Assembly: GCA_026388115.1 (NCBI GenBank)
Contig: JAPLKK010000015.1
Coordinates: 2,988-66,987, forward strand
DNA length: 64,000 nt
Direction: 5' to 3'
Source: Elusimicrobiota bacterium
GTDB taxonomy: Bacteria; Elusimicrobiota; Elusimicrobia; UBA1565; JACRDR01
The notes beneath the pieces were generated by a model, which made no database searches, was not told where the DNA came from, and saw only the letters and a program-made list of their open reading frames with translations. Positions 1 to 9,640 of the stretch are shown piece by piece. A program made the translations under genes and the position numbers. How positions within the stretch are numbered: position 1 is the first letter of the stretch; the number at the start of each line of letters is the position of its first letter.

Positions 1-705
1 AAGAAGATCCTCGAGTACCACGAGATGCCGACGCCGCGCTTCGATTACGTCTTCGACAAAGACGAGGAGATCCGCGAGGACCTGCGGTACCCGCTGATCG
101 TCAAGCCGGCCAACACCGACAACTCCATCGGCATCTCGAACAAGTCGGTGGTGACGAGCCTGAAGGACTTGAAGGACCGCGTGAACTACATCCTCGACGA
201 GTTCCACCGCCCGGTGCTCATCGAGGAGTTCATCGAGGGCGACGAGCTGGACGTGAGCATCATGGGCAACGAGGAGCGGGTGAAGGTGCTGCCCCTGTCG
301 CGCAGCGTCTTCGACCAGATGCCGGAGGGCTACTGGGGCATCTACCCCTTCAAGGCGAAATGGTCCAAGGACCCCATCTACGAGAAGATCCGCGTCGAGC
401 GGCCGGCCAAGTACTCGCAGAAACTGACGGCTCTCATCAGCGAGATCTGCTACGACGCCTATAACATCTTCGACTGCCACGACTACGCGCGCATCGAGGT
501 GCGCGTGGACAAGCTCGGCAACCCCTACATCCTGGAGATCAACCCGAACCCGTCGATCAACCGCGGCGACTGCGTCCCCAACTGCGCCGAGATGATCGGC
601 CTGAACTACGAGGATTTCATCCAGGAGATCCTCAAGGAGGCGATCCTGAGATATCGGGAGCGGCCTCCCTATTACCACCTGCAGAGCTCGATCGCGCCGC
701 TATGA
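1..705 (+). CDS. ATP-grasp ligase of the D-alanine--D-alanine ligase family. The 5' end is truncated by the window edge.
   Basis: The frame is open from nucleotide 1. The C-terminal ATP-grasp region carries Ddl-type motifs (LIVKPANTDNSIGIS ... EINPNPS). Its stop overlaps the next gene's start (ATGA). Confidence 0.7.
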   Translation, partial: KKILEYHEMPTPRFDYVFDKDEEIREDLRYPLIVKPANTDNSIGISNKSVVTSLKDLKDRVNYILDEFHRPVLIEEFIEGDELDVSIMGNEERVKVLPLSRSVFDQMPEGYWGIYPFKAKWSKDPIYEKIRVERPAKYSQKLTALISEICYDAYNIFDCHDYARIEVRVDKLGNPYILEINPNPSINRGDCVPNCAEMIGLNYEDFIQEILKEAILRYRERPPYYHLQSSIAPL

Positions 706-2015
706 GAGCGCGCTGGCTGGCACTCTTGCCGCTGCTTGCCGGCGGCTGCGCGTCCGTGGTCCGGGTGACAACGCCGGACGGCCGGGCCGAGGATGTCTCG
801 AGCGCTGAGCTGCAGAAACACCAGCGCTGCTCTCTGCGGTTGTGCATCCTCGAGACGCTGAGGGATGGCGCGGGGCTCTTCGACATACAGGGCCAGGTCC
901 AGCGAGGGAAGATCGCGGACATCCAGCAAACCTTCCCCCAGGTCCGCGTTCAGCCCGAACTCGACGGCGGGAAGAACTGCGACATCGGCCTCAAGTACCT
1001 CGACGACTGGCAGGTCGACGTCTATTCGGCCTATTCCCCCGATCTGCAGGTGCACCTTCAGGCGCCGTGGGCCGAGCCGACCAAGGGGCGGCTATTGTGC
1101 CGTTGGCTGGAGACCACTGAGGCCGGCAAAGCCCTGCAGGCCCAGGCCGCCGCCAAGCGCGGGCAGCTTTCCGCCGCGATGGCCCCCGCTTCCGGCCCGC
1201 GCCTGGAGAAGGCGGCATCGGCGCCGGAGCCGGCCGATGTCGATATCCCGGCCTACCGGTCGCCGGAGGACCCGCATCGCTTCGCCGTGGTCGTGGGCAT
1301 CGAGAAGTACTCCGATCTTCCCGACGCTCAATTCGCCGAGCGCGACGCCGCGGCGGTCAAGAGCCACCTGCTGGCGCTGGGATTCCCCGAGCGCAACGTC
1401 GTCCTTCTCTCTGGCGCGAAGGCCGGCAGGGCGTCCTTGGCGAAATACATCGAGGACTGGCTGCCGCGGATGGTCGATGAGCAGAGCGAGGTCTTCTTCT
1501 ATTTCTCGGGGCATGGCGCGCCGGACGTGAAGACCGGGGCGGCCTACCTGGTCCCCTGGGACGGCGACGCGAATTTCCTCGGCACCACCGCCTATCCCGT
1601 CCAACGCCTCTACGGCAAGCTCGAGGCCTTGAAGGCCAAGCACGTCATCGTCGTGATGGATACTTGTTTCTCAGGCGCCGGAGGGCGCTCGGTCCTGGCA
1701 CAAGGCGCGCGACCCCTGGTGACCGCCATCGATACCGGCTCCGTCTCTCCGGGCAAGATCATCGCCTTTACCGCGTCAAAGGGGACCGAGATTTCGGGAA
1801 CGGTCGGCGATCTGGGCCACGGCGCTTTCACGTACTTTTTCCTGAAGGGCCTCAACGGCGACGCGGCAGACGCCTCGGGACATGTCACCGCGCGCGGCCT
1901 CTACGACTACCTGACCCCGAAAGTGCAGGACGCGGCGCGGAGACTCAACCGCGACCAGACGCCGCAGCTCTTGCCCGACGCCTCTTCGAGCTTGTCTGGC
2001 GCCATCATCCGCTGA
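702..2015 (+). CDS. Secreted or lipoprotein with a C-terminal caspase-like peptidase C14 domain.
   Basis: N-terminal signal peptide ending in LLAGGC. The caspase His/Cys dyad is present (YFSGHG ... VVMDTCFSGAG). It is translationally coupled to the upstream ATP-grasp gene. Confidence 0.75.
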   Translation: MRARWLALLPLLAGGCASVVRVTTPDGRAEDVSSAELQKHQRCSLRLCILETLRDGAGLFDIQGQVQRGKIADIQQTFPQVRVQPELDGGKNCDIGLKYLDDWQVDVYSAYSPDLQVHLQAPWAEPTKGRLLCRWLETTEAGKALQAQAAAKRGQLSAAMAPASGPRLEKAASAPEPADVDIPAYRSPEDPHRFAVVVGIEKYSDLPDAQFAERDAAAVKSHLLALGFPERNVVLLSGAKAGRASLAKYIEDWLPRMVDEQSEVFFYFSGHGAPDVKTGAAYLVPWDGDANFLGTTAYPVQRLYGKLEALKAKHVIVVMDTCFSGAGGRSVLAQGARPLVTAIDTGSVSPGKIIAFTASKGTEISGTVGDLGHGAFTYFFLKGLNGDAADASGHVTARGLYDYLTPKVQDAARRLNRDQTPQLLPDASSSLSGAIIR

Positions 2016-2082
2016 TCGCCAGGGTTTGCTTGACACCCCCCGCGCCTGCTACTCTATCGTCCCGCCTCAAGGGCGGACTGGC

Positions 2083-2454
2083 GTGAGCTACCGCATCCTG
2101 CTTGCAGACGACTCCCCCGGCATCACCGAGGCCTTGACGGACATCCTCGAGGCGCGGGGCTACGAGATCGCTTCGGTGGGCGACGGCATGAAGCTGATCG
2201 AAAAAGCGAAGGAGTGGCTGCCGCATCTGATCATAGCGGACCTGATGATGCCGGGGACCTACGGCTCGACCGCCTGCAAGGCCCTCCAGGCGGACCCAAA
2301 AACAGCGCATATTCCAGTCATTTTCTTGACCGCCGTCGAGGAAGCGAAAGCCCGGCGGCTGATCCCGGACTCGCTCCACGCGCGGCTGTTGACGAAGCCA
2401 ATGGATGTGACGCACCTACTGACGGCGATCACCGAGTTCCTGCCGCCGCTATAG
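2083..2454 (+). CDS. Stand-alone response regulator receiver domain (CheY-like).
   Basis: ILLADD ... IIADLMMPG ... LTKP receiver motifs. A GTG start at 2083 is preferred over the ATG at 2026, but the choice is uncertain. Confidence 0.7.
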   Translation: MSYRILLADDSPGITEALTDILEARGYEIASVGDGMKLIEKAKEWLPHLIIADLMMPGTYGSTACKALQADPKTAHIPVIFLTAVEEAKARRLIPDSLHARLLTKPMDVTHLLTAITEFLPPL

Positions 2455-2492
2455 GGCGACCCTTTCCCTTATATTACGCCCGCAGACCGCCG

Positions 2493-4256
2493 CTACTTGC
2501 CGGATACAAGCGAGGCAACCAGTTCGAGCACAAAACGCGCCCGGAACTTGACCGCCTGAAAGAAAGGGAGGTCGTTGAGCGCCGGGGTGTTGGGGTCGCG
2601 CAGGTGGCGCTCCGCCAGCGCCGCCTTGTGACGGTCCCAGAACGCCTCGAGCCTCGGATTGTACCGCACCCGCGTATAGACGGGCTTCGTCTTGAGCCAA
2701 TCCCAGAAATCCACCATCAGCGCCTGGAAGGCGAATCTCACCAGCCGCTGCGGCCCCAAAAGGCCGAGCTTAGGGACGTAAACCCGTTGGAGGCAGTTCG
2801 GACAGGCGATGCGGAACGAGCCGATGGCGTCGCGGGCGGAGACCGCCAGCCGGACTCCGTCGGACCGTTGGCGGCATAGCGGGCAGACGTACGCGATCGA
2901 ATACAAGTCGGGTCCCAGCTCCTTCGAGGCGGCCACGCGGCCGAAAACGCGGCCTTTCTTCACTTCGGCGGGAAGGATCTTCGTCACGAGCCGCTGGAAG
3001 TCGGCCTCGGGCATCTGCGTCATGTTGAGATAGCGCCCGCTCTCGTGCATGCCCGTCTCGTAGAAGCGCCGCAGATCTCCGATCTTTCCCTGCTCCTTGA
3101 GGTCCTGATAGAGGCGCGTGCCCGGGTACGGGATGATCGCCCCCAGCGAGACGCTGTTGCTGAAATCGAACCGGTGCTTGCGGTAGAAGCTCAAGGTCTC
3201 CTCGGCCGTCTCCCACGTCTCCGCGGGATCGCCGAAGATGAAGTTCCCCTGGATCGTGAGCCCGGCCTTCTGCGTCAGGAGCAATGCCTGCTCCATCTTC
3301 GGCACGAGGAGCCCCTTGCGCATGCTGTGCAGGACTCTCGGGCTCGCGCTTTCGAGCCCGTAGCTGATCCAGTTGCACCCGGCCCCCTTCATCGCGCGCA
3401 GGACCTCTTCGTCGACGACCGGTAGGCGCAGCTGGCAAGACCAGACCAAGTCCAGCGGCTGGACCTTGCCGCAGAACTCCATCAACCGCGCCTTCGTCGT
3501 CGAGAACAGGTCGTCCCACAGGGCGACCTCGTTGATTCCGTAGCGGGACTTCAGGTGCTTGATCTCCGTGATGACGTTGTCGATCGTGCGCCACCGGTAG
3601 GCCGTCGTCAGGCGGAAGCAGAAGGTGCACTTGGCCGCGCACCCCCGGCCTGAGATGACGGGCGCGATGCGGCGCTGCGGATACTTGCTCCAGCTCGTCT
3701 GGTCGAAGGAAGGGTGAAACTCGTTCAGGTAGCGTTCGAACTCGAACGCGTCGTAGTCGGGCCAGGGCAGCGTGTCGAGCTCGCCGACGGAGACCGGAGG
3801 CGCCGTGCGCACCATCCGGCCGTCCTTGAGATAGGCGAGGCCCGGGACCGAGTCCATCCCCTCGCCGGCGGCCAGGGCCAGCAAGAAAGCCGCCATGGGC
3901 AGCTCCGCCTCTCCGAGGATCAGATAATCCGGGCGCAGGGAGTCGAGCGCGAACTCGGCGTCCGCGGAAGCGATCGCTCCGCCGAGAACGATGACGGACT
4001 TCGGGCTTTCGCGGCGTACCGTCTCGATGATGGCCCTGTAGTTGGCGTACTGCGGGAACAGCCCCCCGGTGGCGACGACGTCGAAGTTCCCGGCCCTCAG
4101 CGTCTCGGAGAGCTTCCCCGGGCCATAATGGTTCAGGTTAAGGCCGGCGACATCGAATCCCTGCTGCTTCAGGTAGGACGAAAGGTACATGATGCCCAAG
4201 GAGATCATGTACGGCCCGCTGTAGCCGTAATTGGGCATCACCAGCAGGGTTTTCAT
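2493..4256 (-). CDS. B12-binding-domain radical SAM protein with a C-terminal Cys-rich extension.
   Basis: N-terminal cobalamin-binding-like domain, a radical SAM CxxxCxxC motif (GCAAKCTFC) and a C-terminal CPLC...CPNC motif. Start taken at MKTLLV. Confidence 0.75.
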   Translation of the reverse strand: MKTLLVMPNYGYSGPYMISLGIMYLSSYLKQQGFDVAGLNLNHYGPGKLSETLRAGNFDVVATGGLFPQYANYRAIIETVRRESPKSVIVLGGAIASADAEFALDSLRPDYLILGEAELPMAAFLLALAAGEGMDSVPGLAYLKDGRMVRTAPPVSVGELDTLPWPDYDAFEFERYLNEFHPSFDQTSWSKYPQRRIAPVISGRGCAAKCTFCFRLTTAYRWRTIDNVITEIKHLKSRYGINEVALWDDLFSTTKARLMEFCGKVQPLDLVWSCQLRLPVVDEEVLRAMKGAGCNWISYGLESASPRVLHSMRKGLLVPKMEQALLLTQKAGLTIQGNFIFGDPAETWETAEETLSFYRKHRFDFSNSVSLGAIIPYPGTRLYQDLKEQGKIGDLRRFYETGMHESGRYLNMTQMPEADFQRLVTKILPAEVKKGRVFGRVAASKELGPDLYSIAYVCPLCRQRSDGVRLAVSARDAIGSFRIACPNCLQRVYVPKLGLLGPQRLVRFAFQALMVDFWDWLKTKPVYTRVRYNPRLEAFWDRHKAALAERHLRDPNTPALNDLPFFQAVKFRARFVLELVASLVSGK

Positions 4257-4334
4257 GCGGAACTTAGTATAGCAGGTTGCACGTGGCCTTCCCACCCGCG
4301 GAGCGACTGGCCACCGGTGCCGGCCGGGCGGCGG

Positions 4335-5396
4335 CTACCAGGTCTCGGTGACTTTCCGCAGGCCCGCCGGATGGTCGGGGTCCAAGCCCTTGAGCCGAGC
4401 CAGCTCATAAGCGGTCATCTGCCCGAGCGCGGCAAGGGGCAGCGCGGAGAGCGGCTCCGGCCAGCCGGCCGCCGCGTCGCAGCAATAGTCGGCCGCGGCC
4501 CGCAAAGCGGGATCGGCGGTCACGGCGAGCACCTCAGCGCCCGCCGCCCGCAGCTTGACGGCCGCGGAGCGCACGGACGTCAGCCCCGGGCCGCGAGGGC
4601 CGAACATCAGGGCGGCGAGGCCGGGTCCCGCCGCGGCGATCGGCCCGTGGAGATAATCCGCCGCGGACGCGCCCTCCGCCGCCAAGGCGGCCGACTCCTT
4701 GAGCTTGAGCCCCGTCTCCAGTGCCGCCGGATAGGCGAAGCCGCGGGCGAGGACGATGCAGCGCTCCGCCGCGGCCAGCCGCCGCGCCAATTCGCCGGAG
4801 CACTTGCCTCGCCGCACCACCCGCGAAAGCCTGGCCGGGGCCCGCCGGAGCCCCCGGAGCACCGAGCCGCCACGCGGCCCGCGCGCCCACTCTCCGGCGA
4901 TCAGGGCCAGCGCCGCGACCTGCGCCGCGAACGTCTTCGTAGCCGCCACGCTGCGCTCCCTTCCCGCGCGGCACAAGAGCGTCTCGTCCGCGGCTCGCGC
5001 GAGCGGCGAGCGGCTTTCGTTGGTGACCGCGACGGTAAGCGCGCCGGCGCGCCGGGCCATGCGCAGGTACTCCACCACGTCGGGCGAGCGGCCGGATTGG
5101 CTCACGCCGATGACCGCGGCCCCGCGCAGCCGCAAGCGCGTGCCGTACAGCGTCGCCATCGAAGGGGCCGCGAGCGCCGCCGGGATGGCGCAAGCCCATT
5201 CGATCAGATACTTGCCGACCGCCGCGGCGTGGTCGGAGGAGCCGCGCGCGGCCAAAACGGCGAGGGCGACGCCGCGCCGGCGCAGCTGCTCTCCGAGCCG
5301 GGCGGCCGTGCGCGCCTCGCGCTCGACGACGCGGGCGACGACGTCGGGCTGCTCGGCGATCTCCGCGCGCATCCAGCGGCCGGGCTCGGTCCTCAT
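4335..5396 (-). CDS. SIS-domain sugar-phosphate isomerase or aminotransferase-like protein (GlmS C-terminal / AgaS-like).
   Basis: Tandem SIS-like regions: IAEQPDVV..., GVSQSGRSPDVV, ATKTFAAQ. Confidence 0.6.
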   Translation of the reverse strand: MRTEPGRWMRAEIAEQPDVVARVVEREARTAARLGEQLRRRGVALAVLAARGSSDHAAAVGKYLIEWACAIPAALAAPSMATLYGTRLRLRGAAVIGVSQSGRSPDVVEYLRMARRAGALTVAVTNESRSPLARAADETLLCRAGRERSVAATKTFAAQVAALALIAGEWARGPRGGSVLRGLRRAPARLSRVVRRGKCSGELARRLAAAERCIVLARGFAYPAALETGLKLKESAALAAEGASAADYLHGPIAAAGPGLAALMFGPRGPGLTSVRSAAVKLRAAGAEVLAVTADPALRAAADYCCDAAAGWPEPLSALPLAALGQMTAYELARLKGLDPDHPAGLRKVTETW

Positions 5397-5400
5397 ACCG

Positions 5401-6714
5401 CTACGGGCGCCGCACCTTGAGGGTCAGGCCCTCGACGCCCTCGATGATGACGGGGTCGCCCTCCGCCACCGCGCCGGAGTCGGCGACGGCGTCCCAGATC
5501 TCGCTGGCGACCCGCACCTTGCCCGCGGGGTTCAAGGCCGTCACGGCGTGAGCCCTCTGGCCGATCATGCCCTCCACGCCCACGGCTTTCCTCCGCCGGT
5601 GCGCCTGCAAGACGAGATAGGAGGCGAGGGCGACCAGCGCCAGCAGGCCCGAGAGCGTGGCGCCGATCACGCTCCAGGCGACCTGGAGCCCCCCCGTGGG
5701 CTGGTTCTGGAACAGCATCAGTATCCCGAGCACCGTCGAGGCGACGCCCGCCACCGCGAGCAGCCCGAAGCTCGCCACCTTCACCTCGAGCAGGAAGAAC
5801 AGCAGGCCCAGCAGGATCAAGAGCACGCCCGCGTAGCTGGCCGAGAGCGTTTGGAACGAGTAGAAGGCGAGCACCAGGCACACCGCGCCGACCACGCCGG
5901 GGAGGATCAGCCCCGGGCTGTACAGCTCGATGAAGAGGCCGGCCGCGCCCAGCGACATCAAGATCATCGCGACGTTCGGATCGCTGACGGCCGCGAGCCA
6001 CCGCTGGCGCGAGCTCATCTCGTAGCGGACGACGCGGGCCCCGGCGGTGCGCAGAGGGCCCGCGAGCCCGGGGATCTTCCGGCCGTCGATGGCGGTCAAG
6101 AGCGACTCGAGATCGGGCGCCTGGAGGTCGACGATGTGCGACTGGACGGCCTCCGCCACGGGCGCCGAGACGCTCTCCTTCACCGCCTTGGCGGCCCACT
6201 CCTCGTTGCGGCCGCGCTCGCGGGCCAGCGATTGCAGATAGGCGGCCGCGTCGTTGGCCATCTTGCCCTGCATCACCGCGTCCTCGCCGCCCTCCCCCTT
6301 CTTGCCGTGGTCGGGCAGGGCCCCTCCGATGCCGGGCAGCGTGACCGGGTGCGCCGCGCCGATGTTCGTGCCCGGGGCCATGGCGGCAACGTGCGCGGAG
6401 ACGGTGATGAAGGCGCCGGCCGAGGCCGCGCGCGCGCCGGAAGGATAGACGTACACGACGACGGGGACCTTGCTCGCCAAGATCGACTGGACGATGGCCC
6501 GCATGGAAAGGTCGAGGCCGCCGGGGGTGTCGAGCTCGATGACCAGGGCGTCGTAGCGGCCTTGCTGGGCCGCGGCGACGGCTCCCGTCAGGAACTCGGC
6601 GGCGACGGGGCTGATGACGCCGGCGAACGGGGCGACGAGGACGGCCGGCGCCTTGGGCGGCGCCGAAAAGGACGCGCCCGCGGCCAGCAATGCGGCCAGG
6701 ATCCCGGAGCGCAT
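5401..6714 (-). CDS. NfeD-family membrane-bound serine protease (ClpP-class) with a C-terminal OB domain.
   Basis: Signal peptide, a ClpP-like N-terminal domain (ELDTPGG, YVYPSGARAASAGAFI), several TM helices and a C-terminal OB-like tail. Confidence 0.75.
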   Translation of the reverse strand: MRSGILAALLAAGASFSAPPKAPAVLVAPFAGVISPVAAEFLTGAVAAAQQGRYDALVIELDTPGGLDLSMRAIVQSILASKVPVVVYVYPSGARAASAGAFITVSAHVAAMAPGTNIGAAHPVTLPGIGGALPDHGKKGEGGEDAVMQGKMANDAAAYLQSLARERGRNEEWAAKAVKESVSAPVAEAVQSHIVDLQAPDLESLLTAIDGRKIPGLAGPLRTAGARVVRYEMSSRQRWLAAVSDPNVAMILMSLGAAGLFIELYSPGLILPGVVGAVCLVLAFYSFQTLSASYAGVLLILLGLLFFLLEVKVASFGLLAVAGVASTVLGILMLFQNQPTGGLQVAWSVIGATLSGLLALVALASYLVLQAHRRRKAVGVEGMIGQRAHAVTALNPAGKVRVASEIWDAVADSGAVAEGDPVIIEGVEGLTLKVRRP

Positions 6715-6718
6715 GGCG

Positions 6719-7714
6719 CTATTGGACCCGGCCGATGCGCGACGGCGGCCAGTAGATCATCCAGGCCTTGCCCTTGACGTAATGGTCCTCGACCGGGCCC
6801 CAGAAGCGCGAGTCGCAGGAGCGGTCGCGGTTGTCTCCCATCATCATGAAGGAGCCCTGCGGCACGGTCACCGGGCCGAAGTTGTCGCGCACGGAGTCGC
6901 CGAGGCGCCGGTCGAGCTGATGGGACTGCCACAGCTTCTGGTATTCGTCCTTCGGCAGGGGCATCGGCATCGGCGGCTGGCGGGAATAATCGAGGTACTG
7001 GGTGTACGCCTCGGGCGTCAGCGACTTGCCGTTGATGATGACCTGCTGCCCCCGCACCTGGACCGTGTCGCCCGGAAGGCCGATGAGGCGCTTGATGAAG
7101 TCCTTGCCGTATTGCGGGCTGCCGCAGTGGGCGTCGTTGGCGTCGTCGGTCGGGAACTGGAAGACGAGGATGTCGCCGCGCTGGGGCTTGGCGAAACGCA
7201 GGAGACGCTTGTGCGTGAAGGGCACGCGCACGCCGTAGATGAACTTGTTGACGAAGAGATGGTCCCCCTCGAGCAGCGTGTTGCGCATCGAGCCCGACGG
7301 GATCTTGAAGGCCTGGACCACGAAGTACATGAGGATCGAGGCCAGGATGACGGCCGAAAAGACCGTTTCCGCCCACTCCATGTCCTCGGTCTGGAAATAG
7401 CGCCGGCCCTCGCGCGTGTCGCCCTTGCGGAAGGCGCTGATGGCCCCCCACAGCCCCACGAGGGCGCCGCCGATCGCGCTCGGGAACAGCTCGCGCGTCG
7501 AGATCGTGCCGAGGGCGATGCTCGAGAAGCGCGCGCGGCTCTCGATGGACATCATCGCGATCAGGCTGGCGGCGAAGCCCGCGATGAAGCAGAAGAGCGC
7601 GTGCCACAGCGCGGTGCGCGCGCGCGTCTCGAGGATCTCGGTCCTCGAACCGTAACGCGTCCCCCACGCGTAGAGTCCCATCGTCACGCCGATCCAGAAT
7701 AGCCGTTCTTCCAC
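6719..7714 (-). CDS. lepB: Signal peptidase I (S26 family).
   Basis: SGSM nucleophile region, KRLIGLPGD box and GDNRDRSCDSRFWG box. Extended N-terminal membrane region. Lies adjacent to lepA. Confidence 0.9.
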   Translation of the reverse strand: MEERLFWIGVTMGLYAWGTRYGSRTEILETRARTALWHALFCFIAGFAASLIAMMSIESRARFSSIALGTISTRELFPSAIGGALVGLWGAISAFRKGDTREGRRYFQTEDMEWAETVFSAVILASILMYFVVQAFKIPSGSMRNTLLEGDHLFVNKFIYGVRVPFTHKRLLRFAKPQRGDILVFQFPTDDANDAHCGSPQYGKDFIKRLIGLPGDTVQVRGQQVIINGKSLTPEAYTQYLDYSRQPPMPMPLPKDEYQKLWQSHQLDRRLGDSVRDNFGPVTVPQGSFMMMGDNRDRSCDSRFWGPVEDHYVKGKAWMIYWPPSRIGRVQ

Positions 7715-7738
7715 TTTCTCTCCTATCTGCCGCTTCGT

Positions 7739-9538
7739 CTATTGACTGATCTTCAAGACCGCCAGGAAAGCCTCTTGGGGCACCTCGACGGTGCCGATCA
7801 TCTTCGCCCGCCGCTTGCCCTCCTTCTGCTTCTCCAAGAGCTTACGCTTGCGCGTGATGTCGCCGCCGTAGCACTTGGCGATCACGTCCTTGCGCGCCGC
7901 CGGGATCGTCTCGCGCGCCACGATGCGCCCGTCCACCCGCGCCTGGATCGCCACCTCGAACTGCTGGCGCGGGATGAGCTCCTTGAGCTTCTCGCACAAG
8001 GCCTTGCCCATGCGGTACGCCTTGGACTTGTGGACGACCTGCGAGAGCGCGTCGACGACGTCGGCGTGGATCAGGATCTCGAGCTTGACCAGCTCGGACT
8101 CCTTGTACTCCGACGGGTTGTAGTCGAAGGACGCGTAGCCCTTGGAGATCGACTTCAGCTTATCATAGAAATCCAGCACCATCTCGCCCAAGGGCAGGTC
8201 GTAGCGGATGATCATGCGGTCGGAAGAAAGGTATTCCACCGACTTGTGCGTTCCGCGCCGGTCCTTGAGCAGATTCATCACCGACTCCTGGAAGCCCACC
8301 GGCAGGACGATGGTCACCGCGACGTACGGCTCGCGGATGGATTCGATGTCGCCGTAATGCGGGAACTTGGCCGGATTGTCGAGCCGCTTGTACCCCGGCT
8401 CGCCGCGCTTCTTCACCTCGAAGACGACGTTCGGCGCCGTGACGATCAGGTTCATGTCGAACTCGCGCTCGAGCCGCTCCTTGATGATGTCCATGTGCAA
8501 AAGGCCCAGAAAGCCGAGGCGGAAACCGAAGCCGAGCGCCTGCGACGTCTCCACCTGCCAGACGAACGAGGAGTCTTCGAGGTTGAGCTTCTCCAGCGCG
8601 CCCTTAAGAGCGGGGTAATCGGCCTGATTGATCGGGAAGATGCCGGCGAAGACGACCGGCTTGGCCTCGCGGTAGCCCGGCAGGGGAGCCGACAGCGGAC
8701 GGTCCGCCTCCATCACCGTGTCGCCTACGCGGACCTGGTGGATGTCCTTGATGCCGCAGACGAGGTAGCCCACCTCGCCGGCCGAAAGCTGGCCGGTCGC
8801 GACCTTGGCGGGCGCGAACGTGCCCACCTCCTCGATGGTGAACGGAAAGCCGGTCGAGAACATGCGGATCTTCATCCCCTTCTTGAGCGTCCCGCGCGTG
8901 ACGCGCAGGAAGACGATCACGCCCCGGTACGCGTCGTACTGGGAGTCGAAGATCAGCGCGGCCAGCGGCGCATCCACCTCGCCCCCGGGCGGCGGCACCT
9001 CCCGGATGATCGCCTCGAGCACCTCGCGGGTGCCCCGGCCCTCTTTCGCGCTGACGAGCACCGCGTCCTCGTAGATCTTGAGCACCTCGAGGATCTGCTC
9101 CTCGGTCTTCGCGACGTCCGCGGCCGGAAGGTCGATCTTGTTGATGACAGGGATGACCTTGAGCTTCAGCTGGGCGGCCAGGTCCGCGTTGGCGAGCGTC
9201 TGCGCCTCGACGCCCTGGGTGGCGTCGACGACCAACAGCGCCCCCTCGCAGGCGGCCAGCGCCCGCGACACCTCGTAGGAGAAGTCCACGTGGCCGGGCG
9301 TGTCGATGAGGTTCAGCACGTACTCGTGGCCGTCGACGGCCTTGTAGCGCATGCGCACGGCCTTGGCCTTGATGGTGATGCCCCGCTCGCGCTCGAGCTC
9401 CATCGAGTCCATGACCTGCTCTTTCATGTGCCGCCGCGAGATCGTCCCGGTCGCTTCCAGCAGGCGGTCGGCCAGCGTGGACTTGCCGTGGTCGATATGC
9501 GCAATGATCGAGAAATTGCGGATGCGAGGAGACATCAT
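7739..9538 (-). CDS. lepA: Elongation factor 4 (LepA).
   Basis: GTP-binding motifs (AHIDHGKST, DTPGH, NKID) and a LepA-specific C-terminal domain. Conserved lepA-lepB arrangement. Confidence 0.95.
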   Translation of the reverse strand: MMSPRIRNFSIIAHIDHGKSTLADRLLEATGTISRRHMKEQVMDSMELERERGITIKAKAVRMRYKAVDGHEYVLNLIDTPGHVDFSYEVSRALAACEGALLVVDATQGVEAQTLANADLAAQLKLKVIPVINKIDLPAADVAKTEEQILEVLKIYEDAVLVSAKEGRGTREVLEAIIREVPPPGGEVDAPLAALIFDSQYDAYRGVIVFLRVTRGTLKKGMKIRMFSTGFPFTIEEVGTFAPAKVATGQLSAGEVGYLVCGIKDIHQVRVGDTVMEADRPLSAPLPGYREAKPVVFAGIFPINQADYPALKGALEKLNLEDSSFVWQVETSQALGFGFRLGFLGLLHMDIIKERLEREFDMNLIVTAPNVVFEVKKRGEPGYKRLDNPAKFPHYGDIESIREPYVAVTIVLPVGFQESVMNLLKDRRGTHKSVEYLSSDRMIIRYDLPLGEMVLDFYDKLKSISKGYASFDYNPSEYKESELVKLEILIHADVVDALSQVVHKSKAYRMGKALCEKLKELIPRQQFEVAIQARVDGRIVARETIPAARKDVIAKCYGGDITRKRKLLEKQKEGKRRAKMIGTVEVPQEAFLAVLKISQ

Positions 9539-9544
9539 CAGAGG

Positions 9545-9636
9545 GTGACGGCCATCAACTTATTCAACTTATCGAACCTATTTCTTCAGGAAGACAAACC
9601 ATAGTGAAATAAGTTGAATAAGTTGATGGCTGTCAC
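9545..9636. repeat. AT-rich palindromic intergenic element, copy 1. Arms are 28 bp with a 36-bp loop.
   Basis: Arms GTGACGGCCATCAACTTATTCAACTTAT and ATAAGTTGAATAAGTTGATGGCTGTCAC, with one mismatch. The element fills the ptsI-lepA gap. Confidence 0.8.
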
Positions 9637-9640
9637 CGAT

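Noticed and set aside
7742-9604. 620-aa ORF on the plus strand.
   Set aside because: It is antisense to lepA. The product is Arg/Ala/Gly/Leu-rich and low-complexity, with no motifs. This is a typical spurious ORF in a high-GC genome.
9545-9636. Classical MITE with a target-site duplication.
   Set aside because: The flanks of copy 1 (GG / CG) show no duplicated target, and the terminal sequences differ between the two copies with compensatory changes. That argues against transposase-recognised TIRs, and a structural-RNA explanation is preferred.
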